From Candidatus Parcubacteria bacterium (lineage in GTDB: Bacteria; Patescibacteriota; Minisyncoccia; Phycocordibacterales; Zambryskibacteraceae): 64,000 bases of DNA. The position numbers were made by a program, and so were the translations under genes. The stretch is taken from positions 22,588-86,587 of the forward strand of contig JAIFWN010000005.1 of assembly GCA_019658995.1 (NCBI GenBank). The letters are read 5' to 3'. The first letter of the stretch is position 1; each line of letters starts with the position of its first letter. The notes below the pieces were generated by a model. The model did no database searches and was not told where the DNA came from. It saw only the letters and a program-made list of their open reading frames with translations. This document shows positions 43,529 to 53,047 of the stretch, piece by piece.

Positions 43529-44030
43529 CACCCGAACATATGAGAGGCCGAAAGGCAGAGTTATAGGTATCGATCCGGGCTTCGACCGCTGCGGAGTGGC
43601 AATACTCGAAAAGGAAAACGGGAAGGAAAAACTCCTTTTTTCCGCATGCATTAAAACCAACCCGAAAGACCCTCCCGAGGAGCGCCTGCGCATAATCGGC
43701 GAAGAAATTCAGAAAATAATCAGGAAGTGGAAACCCAGGTCTCTTGCAATCGAGAAGCTTTTTTTCAACCAGAACGTAAGTACCGCACTCAAAGTCGCAG
43801 AGGCAAGAGGGGTAATACTATATGAAGCCGGAAAAGCTGACATAAGTGTGTATGAGTACAGTCCGCAGGACGTTAAGATTGCCGTGACCGGCTACGGCAA
43901 GGCCGATAAGCGACAGGTCGAGAGCATGGCTCTGCGGATTTTAGGCTTAAAAGAAGTTCCCAAATACGATGATGAGACAGATTCGATAGCGGTGGGGATT
44001 ACCCATCTTGCGTCCCACACAGGTAGATGA
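43482..44030 (+). CDS. ruvC: crossover junction endodeoxyribonuclease RuvC
   Basis: RVIGIDPGFDRCGVAILE (catalytic Asp) and KADKRQVESMALRILGL...DETDSIAVGITHL. Likely start near 43518. Confidence 0.85.
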   Translation: MKRMTRSKTSTPMPSSTRTYERPKGRVIGIDPGFDRCGVAILEKENGKEKLLFSACIKTNPKDPPEERLRIIGEEIQKIIRKWKPRSLAIEKLFFNQNVSTALKVAEARGVILYEAGKADISVYEYSPQDVKIAVTGYGKADKRQVESMALRILGLKEVPKYDDETDSIAVGITHLASHTGR

Positions 44031-44099
44031 TACAAATAACCCCGAAGGAAAGCTTAGCTCTCTACGGGGCAAGCACGTATTTATAAAATTATTTCAAAT

Positions 44100-44297
44100 A
44101 TGAACGACGATTTACCGATAGATGATCCCCTGGCTCCATTGCCTGACGATGAGCTTGGGGACGATGACGAGGTTGTTATTGATCCCAAAAAGGTCCCGAT
44201 CCTTGATCCCGAAGAAGATCACGAAAGTATCGAAGCTTTGGCGGATGAGGAAGAGGAAGAGATCGATGCTGACCTGGATGAAGGAGATTCTTTCTAG
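44100..44297 (+). CDS. small highly acidic protein (65 aa, ~45% Asp/Glu)
   Basis: MNDDLPIDDPLAPLPDDELGDDDEVVIDPKKVPILDPEEDHESIEALADEEEEEIDADLDEGDSF. ATG-initiated, between ruvC and convergent tyrS. Confidence 0.4.
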   Translation: MNDDLPIDDPLAPLPDDELGDDDEVVIDPKKVPILDPEEDHESIEALADEEEEEIDADLDEGDSF

Positions 44298-44300
44298 ACT

Positions 44301-45425
44301 CTAAATCTTCTCAATCTTAATGAAGCGGTGTTTGCCTACACGGTAAACGCCGCTTTCTATTTCTTCTATGGCTCCGGCTTTGTCCAGTCTGTTGTATTCG
44401 GTTTTGGATTTTATAAGCCCTTCTTTTATCAGGATTTCCACGAGCGGAGTATCTTTCGAGGCTTTGGCTGTCGGAATGTCTTTCGGTATCTCGCCTTTGG
44501 AGAATGTTTTCTCGAAACCATCTTCGGCTTCCCTTGCCTCTGATTCTCCATGATAGATAGTGACGACTTCGCGAGCCAGGCGCATTTTGGCTTCCTTAGG
44601 ATGACCCGTTAGGATCTTTTCTACTTCTTCTAGGGGAACCCGGGTGGTGAGTGTAAAGTATGTGCGTACTAAATCGTCGCTCATGCTCATGATTTGGCCG
44701 TACATATCCGAAGGCTTGGCGTTTAACTTGATTGTATTACCCCAACTTGAACTCATTTTGCGGCCGTCGAGACCGTCTATAAGAGGACCGATGACTACCG
44801 ACTGCGGCTCTTGTCCGTATTTCTCCTGCAAAGTCCGTCCGGCCAAAAGGTTGAAGCGCTGGTCAGTCCCGCCGAGTTCCACGTCGGCCTCTACCGCCAC
44901 GCTGTCGTAACCCTGCAGCAGCGGATAAAGAACTTCGCGCAACGACACACGCTTCCCGGCATCAAGTCGACGCCTGATGTTGTCGCGAGCGATGAAGTCG
45001 GCTACGCTGAACTGATCGGCTTGCTCTCCGATTTCACGGTACGTTAGGCCCTCGAGCCATTCGCTGTTGTATCGAAGTTCGGCCTTGTCTAAGTCGATGA
45101 GTTTTCCCACCTGATCGAAGTAGCTCTTCTTATTTTCTTCAATCTCCTCGCGGGTCATCATCGGACGCTCGGCGTCCTTGTCAGAAGTATCGCCAATAAC
45201 GGCAGTGAAGTCTCCGACGATAAAAACCACCTGATGGCCGAGCTTCTGGAAGTCGGCGAGCTTCAAAAGCGGAATGGATCGGCCCAGATGGAGATCCGGA
45301 GAAGTCGGGTCAATGCCGAGTTTAACCCTGAGCTTCTCGCCCGAGGACAATTTCTTCTCTAAAGACTCCTTCCCGATGATTTCGGAAACTCCGCGAGAAA
45401 GAAGCTCTCGTACGTCTTTATCCAT
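44301..45425 (-). CDS. tyrS: tyrosine--tRNA ligase
   Basis: HIGH-type motif GIDPTSPDLHLGR, KMSKS variant KMSSS, and a C-terminal S4-like domain. Confidence 0.85.
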   Translation of the reverse strand: MDKDVRELLSRGVSEIIGKESLEKKLSSGEKLRVKLGIDPTSPDLHLGRSIPLLKLADFQKLGHQVVFIVGDFTAVIGDTSDKDAERPMMTREEIEENKKSYFDQVGKLIDLDKAELRYNSEWLEGLTYREIGEQADQFSVADFIARDNIRRRLDAGKRVSLREVLYPLLQGYDSVAVEADVELGGTDQRFNLLAGRTLQEKYGQEPQSVVIGPLIDGLDGRKMSSSWGNTIKLNAKPSDMYGQIMSMSDDLVRTYFTLTTRVPLEEVEKILTGHPKEAKMRLAREVVTIYHGESEAREAEDGFEKTFSKGEIPKDIPTAKASKDTPLVEILIKEGLIKSKTEYNRLDKAGAIEEIESGVYRVGKHRFIKIEKI

Positions 45426-45455
45426 ATGAGTAATCTAGCATGTTAAAATAGTTTT

Positions 45456-47645
45456 ATGAAGGAACGCCGGCGAAGGAATAAGATGCGAAATATATGGCTA
45501 TTGGCACTCTCGGGAGCGCTTTTCGTCTTTGGCATGGGATTCCTCTGGGTGGCAACTCTCAAAATTCCAGATCTTTCCGATCTAGCCGAGAGAAAAATCC
45601 TCCAGTCAACCAAGATCTACGATCGGACCGGCAAGATCCTGCTTTACGATATGGGCCAGGATTTCCGCCGCACTCTGGTGCCTTTCGAGGATATTTCCCC
45701 GCACGTTAAGAACGCGGTGGTAGCGGTCGAGGACAAAAGTTTTTATGATCATGGCGGCATAGATCCGGCCGCTATAATGCGTGCCATATTTGTCGACCTT
45801 TCATCTCTTTCGCTCTCGCAGGGAGGTTCGACGATCACCCAGCAGGTTGTCAAGAACTCCATACTGACAAATGACAAGTCTCCCACCAGAAAGCTCAAGG
45901 AGTGGATTCTGGCCATTAAGCTCGACGGCGCTTTATCGAAAGAGGAGATTCTCAATCTCTATCTCAACGAAATTCCTTTCGGCGGAAATTTATATGGCGT
46001 ACAGGAAGCCTCCAAATCTTTTTTCGGCAAAGACGCCAAAGATCTGACCCTCTCCGAGTCGGCTTATCTGGCGGCAATTATAAATGCTCCGACATATTAT
46101 TCACCGTACGGAACGCACCGCGACAAGCTCGAGGAGAGAAAAAACCGAGTCCTCAAGGAAATGCTGGATCAGGAAATAATCACCGAGGGCGATTATGAGG
46201 AGGCCCAGAAGACTTCCCTCGTCTTTAACCCGAGATCGAACTCCGGCGGCATCAAGGCTCCTCACTTCGTTTTCTTCGTCATTGACTGGCTGGGACAGCG
46301 CTTCGGCGAGGATGCCTTATCGAATGGGGGTCTTAAGGTGACCACCACCATAGACTACGGTATCCAGGCCGAAGCCGAGAGCATTGCCAAGAAATACGGC
46401 GAGATCAATCAGCGCCAGTTTAACGCGGATAACAACGCCATCGTAGTAATTGATCCGAAAACCGGCGATATTCTTGCCATGACAGGCTCGCGCGATTACT
46501 TCGACAAAGATATCCAGGGTAACTTCAACGCGGCCACCGCACATCGTCAGCCGGGTTCGACCTTCAAGCCGTTTGTTTATTCAGTACTCTTTAATCGCGG
46601 ATACACTCCGGACACCATACTCTGGGATGTGCCCACTCAGTTTTCTACCAGATGCGAATGGAACAATTTTGTAACTGACGATACATGTTACTCTCCGGGA
46701 GACTATGATGAGAAGTTCCGCGGACCGATGAAGATACGTGATGCTCTTGCCCAGTCTATCAATGTCCCGGCAGTACAGGCCCTCTATCTGGCCGGGGTTA
46801 AAGATTCGATTGATCTTGCTGAGAGTCTGGGGATCAAAAGCCTCTCCGACGAGAGCCGCTTCGGACTATCGCTAGTTCTCGGAGGCGGGGAGGTTTCTCC
46901 GCTTGAGATGGTTTCGGCTTACTCGGTATTCGCAAACGACGGAGTCAGAAACCCATATAACCCAGTACTTCGCATTGAAGATTCGGCCGGTGCGGTGCTC
47001 GAGGAGTATACCCCCTCTCCCCAGAGAGTCCTGCCGGCCGATACCGCAAGAAAAATCTCCGACATACTCTCCGATAATAATGCCCGCATACCGGCTTATG
47101 GCACTAACTCGGCCCTTTATATTCCCGACAGGCCGGTAGCGGTTAAAACCGGTACCACGAACGATTACAAGGACGCATGGATAATCGGATACTCTCCGAA
47201 TATTGCCGTCGGAGCATGGGTCGGAAATAATGAGAATGTCCCGATGGTCAAGAAAGTTGCCGGCTTCATCGTAGCGCCATTGTGGCGCGAACTGATGGAC
47301 AAGATTCTGCCCAACCTCCCGGTTGAAACCTTTGCCGCTCCGGAGCCGACCGACCCTTCTATAAAACCAATACTTCGCGGCGACTGGCAGACCGGCGGAA
47401 TCCACTCCATCCTCTACTGGGTAGACAAGGAAAATCCCCTGGGACCGGTGCCGACAAACCCGGCAAGCGATCCCCAGTACAGCAATTGGGAGAACGCCGT
47501 GCAATCTTACGCTTCAAGAGGCGGCCTTGGACAGCCAGCAGCCCTTCCCCAGCAAAACATCAACCAACAGCCTTACTTGTATGATCCCTACCAGTTTTAC
47601 TATCCGTACCCGACAACTGATATACCCGGCGTAATAACTCAGTAG
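45456..47645 (+). CDS. bifunctional penicillin-binding protein 1A (glycosyltransferase + transpeptidase)
   Basis: N-terminal TM, GT51 motifs (AVVAVEDKSFYDHGGID; GGSTITQQ), transpeptidase SxxK (STFKP), SxN and KTG (VKTGTTND). Confidence 0.88.
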   Translation: MKERRRRNKMRNIWLLALSGALFVFGMGFLWVATLKIPDLSDLAERKILQSTKIYDRTGKILLYDMGQDFRRTLVPFEDISPHVKNAVVAVEDKSFYDHGGIDPAAIMRAIFVDLSSLSLSQGGSTITQQVVKNSILTNDKSPTRKLKEWILAIKLDGALSKEEILNLYLNEIPFGGNLYGVQEASKSFFGKDAKDLTLSESAYLAAIINAPTYYSPYGTHRDKLEERKNRVLKEMLDQEIITEGDYEEAQKTSLVFNPRSNSGGIKAPHFVFFVIDWLGQRFGEDALSNGGLKVTTTIDYGIQAEAESIAKKYGEINQRQFNADNNAIVVIDPKTGDILAMTGSRDYFDKDIQGNFNAATAHRQPGSTFKPFVYSVLFNRGYTPDTILWDVPTQFSTRCEWNNFVTDDTCYSPGDYDEKFRGPMKIRDALAQSINVPAVQALYLAGVKDSIDLAESLGIKSLSDESRFGLSLVLGGGEVSPLEMVSAYSVFANDGVRNPYNPVLRIEDSAGAVLEEYTPSPQRVLPADTARKISDILSDNNARIPAYGTNSALYIPDRPVAVKTGTTNDYKDAWIIGYSPNIAVGAWVGNNENVPMVKKVAGFIVAPLWRELMDKILPNLPVETFAAPEPTDPSIKPILRGDWQTGGIHSILYWVDKENPLGPVPTNPASDPQYSNWENAVQSYASRGGLGQPAALPQQNINQQPYLYDPYQFYYPYPTTDIPGVITQ

Positions 47646-47896
47646 GTAATTCTTTTCAAATTCAATTTTGTTTTCAGGGCGGAGAGTTTGAGGATTTCCG
47701 CTTCATGAAGATTTATCTCGCTTCTCTTGACCGGAGAGGTTCTTATACGGAGGGTATCGTTTTTTATGGATATATCTTCGAGACGTATGTCCAATCCCGC
47801 AGCTTCCTTGATACACTCGGCGATCATCTCCCTTGAAGCAATGTCTTTATCCAGCGAGTCCTTGAAACGATCAAGCAGACTGCCGAGCCCTTTCAT
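47639..47896 (-). CDS. hypothetical small protein downstream of dnaN (DUF721-like position)
   Basis: 85 aa, start coupled to the dnaN stop. No recognisable motif. Confidence 0.35.
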   Translation of the reverse strand: MKGLGSLLDRFKDSLDKDIASREMIAECIKEAAGLDIRLEDISIKNDTLRIRTSPVKRSEINLHEAEILKLSALKTKLNLKRITY

Positions 47897-48996
47897 CAGC
47901 GGTTCATAGGCATTAAGAGGTAACGGAAACTCTTGTCTCCCACCCCCTCGACCACAATAGGCCTTCCCTCTCCGGCGAAAGCGAGCGATAAGCTGTCGGC
48001 CGGAGTCGAGGAAAACCCATCCGTAAGATACCGGTGGTTAACACTTACAGAGATATCCTTACCCTCAAGCGCGGCCGGTACGGTATCCTTATTTTCTCCT
48101 ATATCCTGATTTTTTGATTCGACTTCAAATTTCTTATGTTCCGGAGAAACCGATAGTTTGAGCTGGTTAAAACTGTCGGAAAAGATCAGGGATGTCTTCA
48201 GGGAGGACAGCAGGTCTTGCTTGAGGACGACGGCTCTGGAAACGCTCTCAGTGGGGATGATCTGCTTATAATCCGGGAACTGCCCGTCTATGGTTCGAGA
48301 AGTGAGGTAGATAGACCCGGCACGAAAGGCAATCTGGTTCTCCTCGATTGTTATGGCGATATCATCGTCGACACCGTCAAAAATCCTTACGATTTCGGAC
48401 GCATTCTTCTGCGGGATAAGGATCTGGGTGAAGTTGGGGATTTTTTTAACCTTCACCCTCTTCTCGGCGAGACGGAAGGAGTCCGTTGCGACGAATACAA
48501 GAGCTTCTGCTTCGTGGATGAGGCACACCGAAGAGAGTTCTGGCTTGATTGATCCGACGGCGGCGGCATAGAGAACCGCCTTCAGTCCGGTTACCAAGTC
48601 TTTGGCCGGTATGGAGAAATTACTGCCGCCTCCTATTTCCGGTATTATCGGAAACTCTTCTCCTGCAAGGGTTTTTACCGAAGAGTGCGTGCTAGGAGTA
48701 TTGACAGATAGAACCTGTCCTTCTGCCGAGAGAGAAATACTCTTCTCTTTCGATAAAGAATTGAGAAGCGCTGAGAATACTTGGGCGGGCACAACAACAT
48801 GCCCTTCTTTCTCCACCTTCACGGGTATATGAATAGATATACCGAGATCCAGATTAGTTGCCCTAATAGTCAGCATTGCTCCCAGGGCCTCCAGAGAAAG
48901 GCCGGAGAGTACGGGGAGGGTCGGGTTTCTTTGGGCTACTTTTTCCGCCCTTGAAACAGCTTCCACAAGTTTTTCCCTAATTGCTTCTATTTTCAT
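47896..48996 (-). CDS. dnaN: DNA polymerase III beta sliding clamp
   Basis: 366 aa. N-terminus MKIEAIREKLVEAVSRAEKVAQRNPTLPVLSGL and a three-domain clamp architecture. Confidence 0.9.
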   Translation of the reverse strand: MKIEAIREKLVEAVSRAEKVAQRNPTLPVLSGLSLEALGAMLTIRATNLDLGISIHIPVKVEKEGHVVVPAQVFSALLNSLSKEKSISLSAEGQVLSVNTPSTHSSVKTLAGEEFPIIPEIGGGSNFSIPAKDLVTGLKAVLYAAAVGSIKPELSSVCLIHEAEALVFVATDSFRLAEKRVKVKKIPNFTQILIPQKNASEIVRIFDGVDDDIAITIEENQIAFRAGSIYLTSRTIDGQFPDYKQIIPTESVSRAVVLKQDLLSSLKTSLIFSDSFNQLKLSVSPEHKKFEVESKNQDIGENKDTVPAALEGKDISVSVNHRYLTDGFSSTPADSLSLAFAGEGRPIVVEGVGDKSFRYLLMPMNR

Positions 48997-49201
48997 ATAT
49001 AAATACTTGTTAATACTATTAGGGGTGGGGATAAGTGGATATCTCCATCCGGCCTTGCGGTTGAGCTTAATCTATTATTTCCGGAAATGAAAGCCTGGGG
49101 GTTAGAATGCCTAAAGCCGGATTCGATATTCCGTTTTCCGCCGGTAGGTGTGGATAAGGGGGTTATTATACTGCTATTCATCACCATATTGTACACAGGC
49201 A
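48997..49201. other. candidate oriC: dnaA-dnaN intergenic region with DnaA boxes and an AT-rich tract
   Basis: Perfect DnaA box TGTGGATAA at 49149-49157. Near-consensus boxes TGGGGATAA (49026-49034) and AGTGGATAT (49035-49043). AT-rich segment GGTTATTATACTGCTATTCATCACCATATTGTACAC. Confidence 0.5.
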
Positions 49202-50545
49202 CTACACAGCCAGGAGGTTCCTGATCTGAGAAAGTTCCTGACCCAGCCCGTGGTCGTTTTTGAGGTCTTCTTTGATCTTTTCGCAGGAGTGGATAACGGT
49301 AGTATGATCGCGTCCTCCGAGCTGTTCTCCGATCGTCGGGTAGGACTTGTTAAAATCTTCCCTGAGGATGTACATTATTATCTGTCTGGGCTTGATAATC
49401 TCCTTTTTACGTGTCTTTTCATAGATACTGCCCTCTTCTATCGAATAAAAATCAGAAATAACCTTCACCACTTCCTTGACGTTAACGGTACGCTTGGGCT
49501 TCTGGTTGCTTTTTATGAGGTTGCGTACATCCGAGACTAAAACCTCACGGCTTTTGAGCTGGGAGTGAACGATAAGGGTGTTTAGGGCACCTTCGAGGTC
49601 TCTTATATTACCCGCTACGGTGTGTGCCAGATAATCGATGACTTCAGGCGAGAGTATGATTCCCTGTGATCTGGCTTTTTGCGAGAGGATAGCCAGGCGC
49701 GATTCGTGGTCCGGCGCCGGGATATCCACGATCATACCGGCCGACATTCTCGACTTCAGGCGGTCTTCGAGTCCGGTGATGAAATGCGGATGCTTGTCGG
49801 ATGAAAATATTACCTGTTTGTTGTTGTCGTATAGGGTATTGAAGAGATGGAAGAGTTCTTCCTGGAACTTCTGCTTATCGGAGAAGAACTGGATATCGTC
49901 CATGATAAGAACGTCGTATTTTCTGTATTTTTCCTTAAAAACCGTCATTTTCTGGGTCTGGAGGGCATTCATGCAATCCTGGCCAAAACGCTCTGAAGTC
50001 ATGTAAAAGACACGTTTTCCCGGGCTTACTGACTTCACGTGGTTGCCGATAGCCTGGATCAGGTGGGTTTTACCATGGCCCGTAGATCCGTAGATGAAAA
50101 GTGGGTTATACATGAGGCCCGGGCTCTTGATTACAGCCTGGGCTGCGGCATGAGCCAGCTCATTGAACGGCCCGACTATGAAATTTTCGAAAGTGTAGCG
50201 GGGGTTGAGGTTATCGTCCTTATTGACGGCGGTTTCAGGCAAAGGAAGGCTCGAGAGAAGCGGGTTCACAGGACCTTTCTCTTCTTTCCGCTTGGGCTCG
50301 TCGCGGTTTATGACGTATTCCACCGCATGGATAGTATGATCACGGTCGCGGAGGAGTTTGAGGATGTTGGCGTGGTATCTAGACTGGAACATGTCCCTTG
50401 CGAAAGCGTTCGGGACGGAGAGTATTATGGTCGAGTCGTCACGCTTGACGATATGGGTGCCCTTAAACCATGTAGCGAAGGCTGGTTTCGATATGGAGAG
50501 TTCGATTTCGGCCAGTATTCCTTCCCATAGTTGTCGTGAGTCCAT
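49202..50545 (-). CDS. dnaA: chromosomal replication initiator DnaA
   Basis: AAA+ Walker A FIYGSTGHGKTHLIQAIGN, Walker B LIMDDIQF, sensor motifs, and a C-terminal DNA-binding domain (RKKEIIKPRQIIMYILRE...GGRDHTTVIHSCEKI). Confidence 0.93.
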   Translation of the reverse strand: MDSRQLWEGILAEIELSISKPAFATWFKGTHIVKRDDSTIILSVPNAFARDMFQSRYHANILKLLRDRDHTIHAVEYVINRDEPKRKEEKGPVNPLLSSLPLPETAVNKDDNLNPRYTFENFIVGPFNELAHAAAQAVIKSPGLMYNPLFIYGSTGHGKTHLIQAIGNHVKSVSPGKRVFYMTSERFGQDCMNALQTQKMTVFKEKYRKYDVLIMDDIQFFSDKQKFQEELFHLFNTLYDNNKQVIFSSDKHPHFITGLEDRLKSRMSAGMIVDIPAPDHESRLAILSQKARSQGIILSPEVIDYLAHTVAGNIRDLEGALNTLIVHSQLKSREVLVSDVRNLIKSNQKPKRTVNVKEVVKVISDFYSIEEGSIYEKTRKKEIIKPRQIIMYILREDFNKSYPTIGEQLGGRDHTTVIHSCEKIKEDLKNDHGLGQELSQIRNLLAV

Positions 50546-50598
50546 AAGATTTTCTAAGTCGGTATGTAGTATATACTTCTAACCTGTTTGTCCAAAAC

Positions 50599-50627
50599 TT
50601 GTATAACAGCCTAAAAATGTTTATAAT
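50599..50627 (+). promoter_or_regulatory. candidate promoter TTGTAT-17nt-TATAAT for rpmH-rnpA-yidC
   Basis: -10 TATAAT at 50622-50627, 25 nt upstream of the rpmH ATG. The -35 is a weak match (TTGTAT). Confidence 0.3.
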
Positions 50628-50652
50628 GTGTTCATAACCTGTTGACTATAAT

Positions 50653-50787
50653 ATGTCTACGACATACCAACCGAAAAAGCGCAAGAGAGCGCGTTCCCAT
50701 GGGTGGAGAAAGCGCGCCAAGACCTCGGGCGGGCGCCGCACTGTCAAAAATCGCCGCCGCAAGGGCCGCAAGCGCCTGACCGTCTGA
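50653..50787 (+). CDS. rpmH: 50S ribosomal protein L34
   Basis: Hand translation gives [44 protein letters not shown] (44 aa), the canonical L34. It is below the 60-aa cutoff of the ORF track. Confidence 0.85.
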   Translation: MSTTYQPKKRKRARSHGWRKRAKTSGGRRTVKNRRRKGRKRLTV

Positions 50788-51116
50788 TGCTTTCGAAAAA
50801 ACAAAGGATTCCCCGAACGCTTTTTGCCGAGATTTTGAAGAGCAGGAAATTCAAGAATTCCCCGCACTTCACTCTGCGCATAGAAGACGGCGGAGAGCGA
50901 CCGCGGGCCGCAGTTTCCGTATCGAAAAAGATTTCCAGGAGTGCGGTTGCGAGAAATAGCACAAGACGACGCGTCTACTCCGTCATAAAAAATAAAATCT
51001 CAGATTTGAGACCGGGGCTGTATCTTCTCATCGCCAAGCCCGGAGCGCCGGATACAAAAGGATCGGTTCTCGATAAGGAGATACACGAACTTCTCAATTC
51101 GCAGTTTAAGGAATAG
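50703..51116 (+). CDS. rnpA: RNase P protein component
   Basis: [31 protein letters not shown]...[17 protein letters not shown] matches the RnpA pattern. The real start is the ATG at 50786, overlapping the rpmH stop (ATGA). Confidence 0.8.
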   Translation: MEKARQDLGRAPHCQKSPPQGPQAPDRLMLSKKQRIPRTLFAEILKSRKFKNSPHFTLRIEDGGERPRAAVSVSKKISRSAVARNSTRRRVYSVIKNKISDLRPGLYLLIAKPGAPDTKGSVLDKEIHELLNSQFKE

Positions 51117-51125
51117 AATTCATAC

Positions 51126-51845
51126 ATGTCATATCTGTACCATCACTTCATAGTCGATCCGATGTACAACGCTCTGGTCGCACTCTTCGCCTATTTGCCG
51201 TTTGCTGATGCCGGACTGGCTATTATCATCATTACTGTTCTGGTGCGCCTCATCCTCTTCCCCCTTTCTAAAAAGGCGGTGACCGCTCAGGTTGAAATGC
51301 AAAATATCGCTCCCGAGCTCGAACGCATAAAAGATAAATATAAAGATAACCAGGAAGAACAGGCCAGAAAAACACTGGCCCTCTATAAGGAAAAAGGAGT
51401 CAACCCTTTTTCTGGCATCCTCGTTTTGATCATACAGCTGCCTGTTGTTTTCGCTCTCTACCACATCTTTCTCTCCACCGGATTTCCTAAAATCGATGCA
51501 TCTTTGCTTTACTCGTTTGTCCATGCTCCGGATTCTGTCAGCCCGGTATTTTTAGGTATTGATCTTACGCAGAAAAGCCTAATTCTCGCCGCCCTTGCTG
51601 CCATCGCAACGTTTATACAGATGAAGCTCGTGGCTCCTCCCAATAAAACAAACTCCGGCAATAAGTCTTTCGGTGATGACTTGGCCCGCAACATGCAGAC
51701 ACAGATGAAATATTTTCTGCCATTCCTGGTTTTCTTTATCGCTTACAAAATCTCCGGAGTGATCGCTCTGTACTGGCTAGTCACCAATGTTTTCACCATC
51801 GGCCAGGAGATAGTGGTAAGAAAGAGACTCAGGGCGCAATCTTAA
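51126..51845 (+). CDS. yidC: membrane protein insertase YidC (short form)
   Basis: 239 aa with 5 TM helices. LAIIIITVLVRLILFPLSKKAVTAQVEMQNIAPELERIKDKYKD..QEEQARKTLALYKEKGVNPFSGILVLIIQLPVVFALY is the conserved YidC/Oxa1 core. Confidence 0.85.
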   Translation: MSYLYHHFIVDPMYNALVALFAYLPFADAGLAIIIITVLVRLILFPLSKKAVTAQVEMQNIAPELERIKDKYKDNQEEQARKTLALYKEKGVNPFSGILVLIIQLPVVFALYHIFLSTGFPKIDASLLYSFVHAPDSVSPVFLGIDLTQKSLILAALAAIATFIQMKLVAPPNKTNSGNKSFGDDLARNMQTQMKYFLPFLVFFIAYKISGVIALYWLVTNVFTIGQEIVVRKRLRAQS

Positions 51846-53046
51846 GGGCGAAAATCGAGAGATCATCCTTATTCACAAAGAAGAGGTAATCTTCGTCCGG
51901 CGAAAGCTCGAGAGACATTGCATCTACCTTCGTATTGAAATTCTTGATAGGTTCCAGGATAACTTCAGCCGTTCCTGTATCGGTATTGAATCTCCAGATT
52001 TTATCGGAATAATTTGCACCGCCCTGATACCAGCTGTCGGGAGAGTTTCCGCCTAACCCGTTCTCCGGCACGCCGCAGTAGATTACCGAAGGGGTTTTTC
52101 TGCTCCAGACGCATTTCTCCGGCAAGGTGGCTGGCGTAATAACAGAGGTAACTCCGTTCGCAACATTCAAGACCTTAAAGGCGATCGTACCAAAGTCGGA
52201 GTAGGCGTAGGCAATGTGTCTGCCGTCCGGGCTCGGCACGGCTGTCAGGGCGTTAAGAGGTCCGAGGATCTTGGTAAGACCGCCAGACTTGGTATTTAAA
52301 GTGTAGGCATAACCTTCTGCGGCAATGGAAGCTTTGGTAACAAGGAGCGCACTTGAAGAGTTTATAGGCAGAATTCTCCAGTCGGTAAACGGCAAGGAGA
52401 GGAGGGTTCTGGGCTTTTCACCCAGGAATGACGATATCAATACCGCTCCGGTATCCCTGAGTACATATAATAGGCTCCCGTCAGCCGCAATAGCCATATC
52501 GCCGGTGTCGCCTCTAAGAAGTGTAGCTTGGGCGACGTAGAACCCGTCCGTGGAGGTGGCCTTGGGTAGAGAAAGGGTTATTGAGGTATTTGATACGCTG
52601 TCGCTATTGGATGGAACGGATCTCTCAAGGAAGCCGGAAGCATCTGGTTTCCAGAGAGCCACATAGACCTTAGGCTGAGTGGTATTGAAGATTTTTGTCT
52701 TTTCCAGGGTGTTGGGGTTCACATCGTAAACATGGCCGGTGGCACGGTCGACATAACGCACCATTTCGGATCCGTTCTTGATAAAACTTACGAATCCGGC
52801 GACCGGATCATTCACCAGCCTGAAGAATTTGGCGAGCGAACGCCCCTCGCTGTCGGTATTGGCTGTACCGCTTGTGTTGCCGAAGTCTCCTCCGGGATTA
52901 CCGTTGTCTCTCGGAGCCTCACCGAACGGCAGACCGGAGAGTATCGGCAGGCCGCCGGGCGTTTTGCCGCCGACCAGGAAGAACAAAATCCCAGTGCCTA
53001 GCACTATGACGAGGATTATTGTGAAGATAAGAGCGCGGCGTGACAT
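51829..53046 (-). CDS. membrane-anchored beta-propeller protein (TolB/PD40-like repeats)
   Basis: N-terminal TM, then repeated beta-propeller-like blades including SPDGRHIAYAYSD and SPDEDYLFFVN. Confidence 0.5.
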   Translation of the reverse strand: MSRRALIFTIILVIVLGTGILFFLVGGKTPGGLPILSGLPFGEAPRDNGNPGGDFGNTSGTANTDSEGRSLAKFFRLVNDPVAGFVSFIKNGSEMVRYVDRATGHVYDVNPNTLEKTKIFNTTQPKVYVALWKPDASGFLERSVPSNSDSVSNTSITLSLPKATSTDGFYVAQATLLRGDTGDMAIAADGSLLYVLRDTGAVLISSFLGEKPRTLLSLPFTDWRILPINSSSALLVTKASIAAEGYAYTLNTKSGGLTKILGPLNALTAVPSPDGRHIAYAYSDFGTIAFKVLNVANGVTSVITPATLPEKCVWSRKTPSVIYCGVPENGLGGNSPDSWYQGGANYSDKIWRFNTDTGTAEVILEPIKNFNTKVDAMSLELSPDEDYLFFVNKDDLSIFALKIAP

Positions 53047-53047
53047 A

